DNA of 40,342 nucleotides, from NCBI GenBank assembly GCA_900617105.1, contig UYFQ01000442.1:1-40342 (forward strand), read 5' to 3'. Origin of the DNA: Hydrurus foetidus (taxonomy: Eukaryota). Below, piece by piece: positions 36,150-40,342 of the stretch; the first letter of the stretch is position 1, and each line of letters opens with the position of its first letter. The notes beneath the pieces are model-generated. The model was not told the origin of the DNA. It was given only the letters and a program-made list of their open reading frames with translations, and searched no databases. A program made the translations under genes and the position numbers.

Positions 36150-39100
36150 ATGACATAGAGCCAAAAAGACAAGAGACAGAGCTCTAGCTCGATCATCTTC
36201 AGCTCTTCGCTCCTAGAAGATGAACGCCTGACCCTCAAATGGGAGAAGGAACGTCTCAAACAAGTCGCCAAGCGGCGCGAGGCAAATATCGCCGCTTCGA
36301 CGGCGGCGCTCAGTCAAAAAGCCATCAAGGCTACAGACACTGAAAGCCGCATCGAAGACGAAAAAAAAGCCCACAAGGCAAAACAAGCCGAGAGGCATAA
36401 CACTCGCATGGCAGAGCGCGAACGTCTCTCCATATTGGAGGGCGAGACAGAAGAAAAGGAGAAAGCAGACGATGATCAAAGTCTTTCCGAATTCATGTCA
36501 ATCACTGGCGAGGTCGTTTCACACCGCGAATCCGCCACCTTATCACCGGACGACCTCGACAACATCGACAAGGAGGAAAACCAAGATGGCAATCCGACCC
36601 AACAGAATGACGAGGAGGGAGACGGCGATAAGGACGATCAAACAGCCGACGGCAAAGTGACATCGGACTCCCACCCTGAATCAGACAAGGAGGACGAGGA
36701 GGATGAAACCGGTGAGGAAGACGAGGACGAGGACGATGAAAACTACATCGAACTCTTATCGGATGAAGGTAGTCAAGTCCCGTCCGACTCCGAAGATCCG
36801 TTCACAGCCAAACTCGACACCCACAAGCCCGCAGAAGCCAAACCACCTGCCAAAAGACGCTCCCCCCGAGTAGTCAAACCCACACCAGAGCAACCACCCT
36901 CAAACAGCACAGCCAAACCTGCCAAACGCACTGCTAAAGCACCAGCGAAAAAGGTCCCGGCTTCGAAACCGAAGGCCGTGGAGAACCCTATACGCAAACG
37001 CAAAACAGAAGATGCGGGCATCGAACAACCCCAACGCAACCAAATCCCGCGTCACCAAAACATGACGACCTCCCTTTTTAACATGAAGGAGGCGTTCTAC
37101 ATGGGTAGGGACGTACTGTTGAAGGACATGGACGGGTCCGCCCGCCTGTTCTACCAACAGGCACACCGCCCTGGTTTCAGCGCGGGTTGGCAGTCGCTGA
37201 TAGAGGATGAGGCACTCGACACCATTCGTGATGGACTCTTGCAAAACACGAAGCTCGTCGGGTACACCCCGCGCAATGTATGGCGTGGCCGGAATTACCG
37301 GATGGTGAGCTCACTCTGAAAGAAATGGCAGAAGATCTTAAAACAATCTACTTCATTAACAGACGTACGCAATCCACATACGACTTCGACCTCAAACTGA
37401 GGAGATTTCAGTTCAAATTCAGTTGGCTGAACGGTGCACTGGAACACACTTCCATCGCCGCGTTCCGCGACATTATCCTGGGGTTCTACAACAAGTATGA
37501 CAACATCGATAGTGATCGCCAGGACGATATCTGCAAGATATTCTACAAAAAGCTCCCACCAGGCAACAAGTTCACTGAAAATTTCATGGACTTGACCAAA
37601 GTGGCAGCCAAAGAAAGGAAAAAGGACAACATCAGGGAAATGCTCGCCCGTCTTGTCATCTGTCTCCAAGCGTCACGAGACAGTTACGGACGCTGACAAG
37701 ATGGGGGACTAAGCTATACCTTCACCACCAAGCTTACCCCTGAAGAAGATCCCGACACCCAACTGTCCACATCCGCGTCCACTGGCCCATCCGCATCATA
37801 CAAGACCATTCCCAAACGTCGTCCCGACAACGAAGGCATTAGCCGAACAACAGACGTATGTCACACGTGCGGAATGACAACTCATAATCGGTACAATTGT
37901 CCGCTCTTTATGAACCCGCACTGCAACAACTCCCACGCCACATGGAACGCTTCTTCCATTGGGCAGGATTTCAAACGCATCGGGCATTCCCACTTTAAAC
38001 CCGACATCTACGTCAACAACGAGAAAACCCACCTCACCAACTACCCAGGTGCGTCGACGTACGTCTACCCAGTCGACGATGTTGAGATGGACATGGGACC
38101 TCCTAAGACCCAGGACCCACGCCGCCCAAACAACAACAACAAGAACAACAACAATAAGTCCAACAACCGCAACAACGATCGTCAGTCAGACGATCGCAAC
38201 AGCGAGCGTGGCAACAAGCCAAGTGGTTCCCACGCAAGCTCAAACTACAAAGGCAAAAGTAAGTTACACCTTACAGCTACGCATGTACAAAAACTCGACG
38301 AAAGTCGCAGCACACCCACCATGCAAATGTTACTTTCCGCAGTACTGCCTGAAAATATAGAGGATTACTTACAAGTACACATATCTCTTCCACAGACCCG
38401 ATCGCAAACTTCCGGCCCAACCATCGCAACGACAGTCACTCCGACAGTCGCGACCGCGACTCCAGCCGCAAAGACGACTCGCGCAACACGGAAAAAGAGA
38501 AAGACGTCTCCAACCGCGACAGAGATTTCTCCAACCGCGACCGAGACTCCAATGCCAGCTCCTCCTCATCCTCGTCGTCCTCAAAGTACGCTCCAAAGTG
38601 AGGGAATCGACGCACTCGCCCAAATCGACACCGGATGCCAGGTCGGGGACGTAATCAACCGTAGAGTCCTCCGGGACCTACGGGGCGAACCCCACCTGCG
38701 CCCAACAGACACTCCCTTATGGATGTGCTCGGGTTTAAACAACCAATGTATTGAATCAACACGTGTGCTTGATATTATTGTATCATTTAAAAAGAACTCT
38801 TTTCAACACACTTTTTCTCTTCCGGTGCGAATTGCAGAAGATTCAAAAGTCGACTTAATCTTAGGATTACAGACTATTAAAAAATTAAATTTAGTCAAAC
38901 TTATTCCGGAATTCTTCCAAAATCCAGAAAATATAGTAACAGACAAAAACATGACACACATGTCAAAAATACAAAGACTCGACCAGTCCACAAACATGGT
39001 GATAAACCAAGTGGACGTTCCACTCCTGCTAGAAGCAGAGTCGGACACAGTCACAAGTATTACAGATCCAACCTTACCTCCGGTTATAACTAGCCTGGAG

Positions 39101-40342
39101 GGGACAAAACCCTCAGACGCAGACAGTCGATGGCAAGACGACCTGGTGGCTCGAGGTGCTTGTACAAGCAAGACATGCACTACTTCATGTGGGTGTCCCA
39201 CTAGCTTAGCTGCGGCAGCGGCTAGGCTAGATTCTGATGAGTTCATTTTGCACCCTACGGTCGAGGCAGCAGTTTTGTTGTCACCTCCCCGACAAAATGA
39301 TTTAGGTGTAACAACCGACAGGAGTCCGGAATTAGCTACTCCTACTCCCTCATCCAAGGCACCAGCCCAAACACGTGGTTTAGTTGCTGCTCTACTCCGG
39401 GAGCGTGAAGAACTCCCAGAGGTTCAACCCTTCGGACCCGAAGAGATTGACTACAAGTCGAAGGATACCTTCGCTCCTTTCCAAGACAATCCAACAGAGG
39501 ACAAAATGTACCTCATCGATCTAATACAAATCGATGGTACCCCTGAACAACAAGCAAAAATTAAAGCAATTTGTGTCAAACACATAAAGCTATTCAACAA
39601 CAAACTCGGACCAGAGCCCGCGCGAATTCCTCCCTTTGGACTACCCGTACGGGATCCAGAGTGGAAAGTTTTCAAAAACCGCGTAGCACCCAGACCAACG
39701 TCTATACGAAAACAGGTCGAAATCCGAAAACAAGTTGAAACTATGCTTGAACAGGGTATAATAGTTAAATCAGAGGCATCATACTATTCGCAAGTAACAC
39801 TTGCGGCAAAGCCAGACGGTTCATACCGATTCTGTATTGACTATCGTCACCTCAACGACGCAACGGAATCAGCAAGTTGGCCAATCCCTAATATCAAACA
39901 AATGTTAGCAAGATTAGGTTCACAAAAAGCAGACACATTCGGTGTAATAGACCTCACTGCAGGATATCACCAAGCACCGTTAACTCTAAGTACACGTGTG
40001 TATACCGCTTTCATAACATTTATGGGCATTTACCACTTTACCCGACTACCTTTCGGACCAAAAGGGCCCCTCATATTTCCAAGAAATGATGGCCTCAATA
40101 GTCCTTTTGGGACTAATATACCAAATCTGTGAAGTATACCTCGACGATATCATCGTTTATGGTAATGGATTTGAACAATTCTGCGAACGATTAGAAATTC
40201 TATTTCAACGTCTCGAAGAAAAGAACATTTCACTAAAAGCCGCAAAGCTTAAGCTAAATGTGCAAATAGTTGAATATGTTGGTAAACAAATATCTAAAGA
40301 AGGTATAACTATGAGTTCCAAAGAAATAAGAGGTGTGACTGA
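36150..40342 (+). pseudogene. Element E gag-pol with several frameshifts
   Basis: ORF pieces 36408-37319, 37280-37696 and 37874-40132; CHTCGMTTHNRYNC knuckle. Confidence 0.9.
38259..38395 (+). other. Predicted 137-nt gag/PR intron in E
   Basis: AAAA|GTAAGT ... TCTCTTCCACAG|AC; the spliced frame stops at 38599-38601. Confidence 0.75.

Larger units (their letters stand above)
35394..40342 (+). mobile_element. Gypsy element E (related to C), running off the window end within RT
   Basis: LTR, UTR, gag, AQIDTG protease, RT (CIDYRHLN, DLTAGYHQ, YLDD at ~40136). Confidence 0.94.

Overview
Eukaryotic, transposon-saturated window with no recognisable host gene; the organism cannot be determined. It is a nest of related Ty3/Gypsy LTR retrotransposons, labelled A 285-4443 (+), B 8383-12662 (-), B2 ~23215-25513 (-), C 26251-35393 (+), D 29057-34753 (+, full length) and E 35394-end (+). 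A and D show an integrase chromodomain. They are inserted into a Ty1/Copia element, a pogo-like DDE transposase fragment and each other. The window also holds a Tourist-like MITE and a PIF/Harbinger element that appears to carry a 17-unit, ~155-166 bp tandem array. Two features of the Gypsy lineage stand out. (1) No tRNA primer-binding site: all five visible 5' LTRs abut a perfect 12-bp palindrome AATA-NNNN-TATT whose core differs by family (GCGC, CTAG, TCGA, CCGG). (2) A predicted phase-1, 3n+2 GT-AG intron lies at the gag/protease junction of four elements. Splicing it would end Gag before the protease; retaining it gives Gag-Pol. A hairpin is also conserved in the 3' UTR of A and D. All calls come from reading the sequence by eye; no searches were run.
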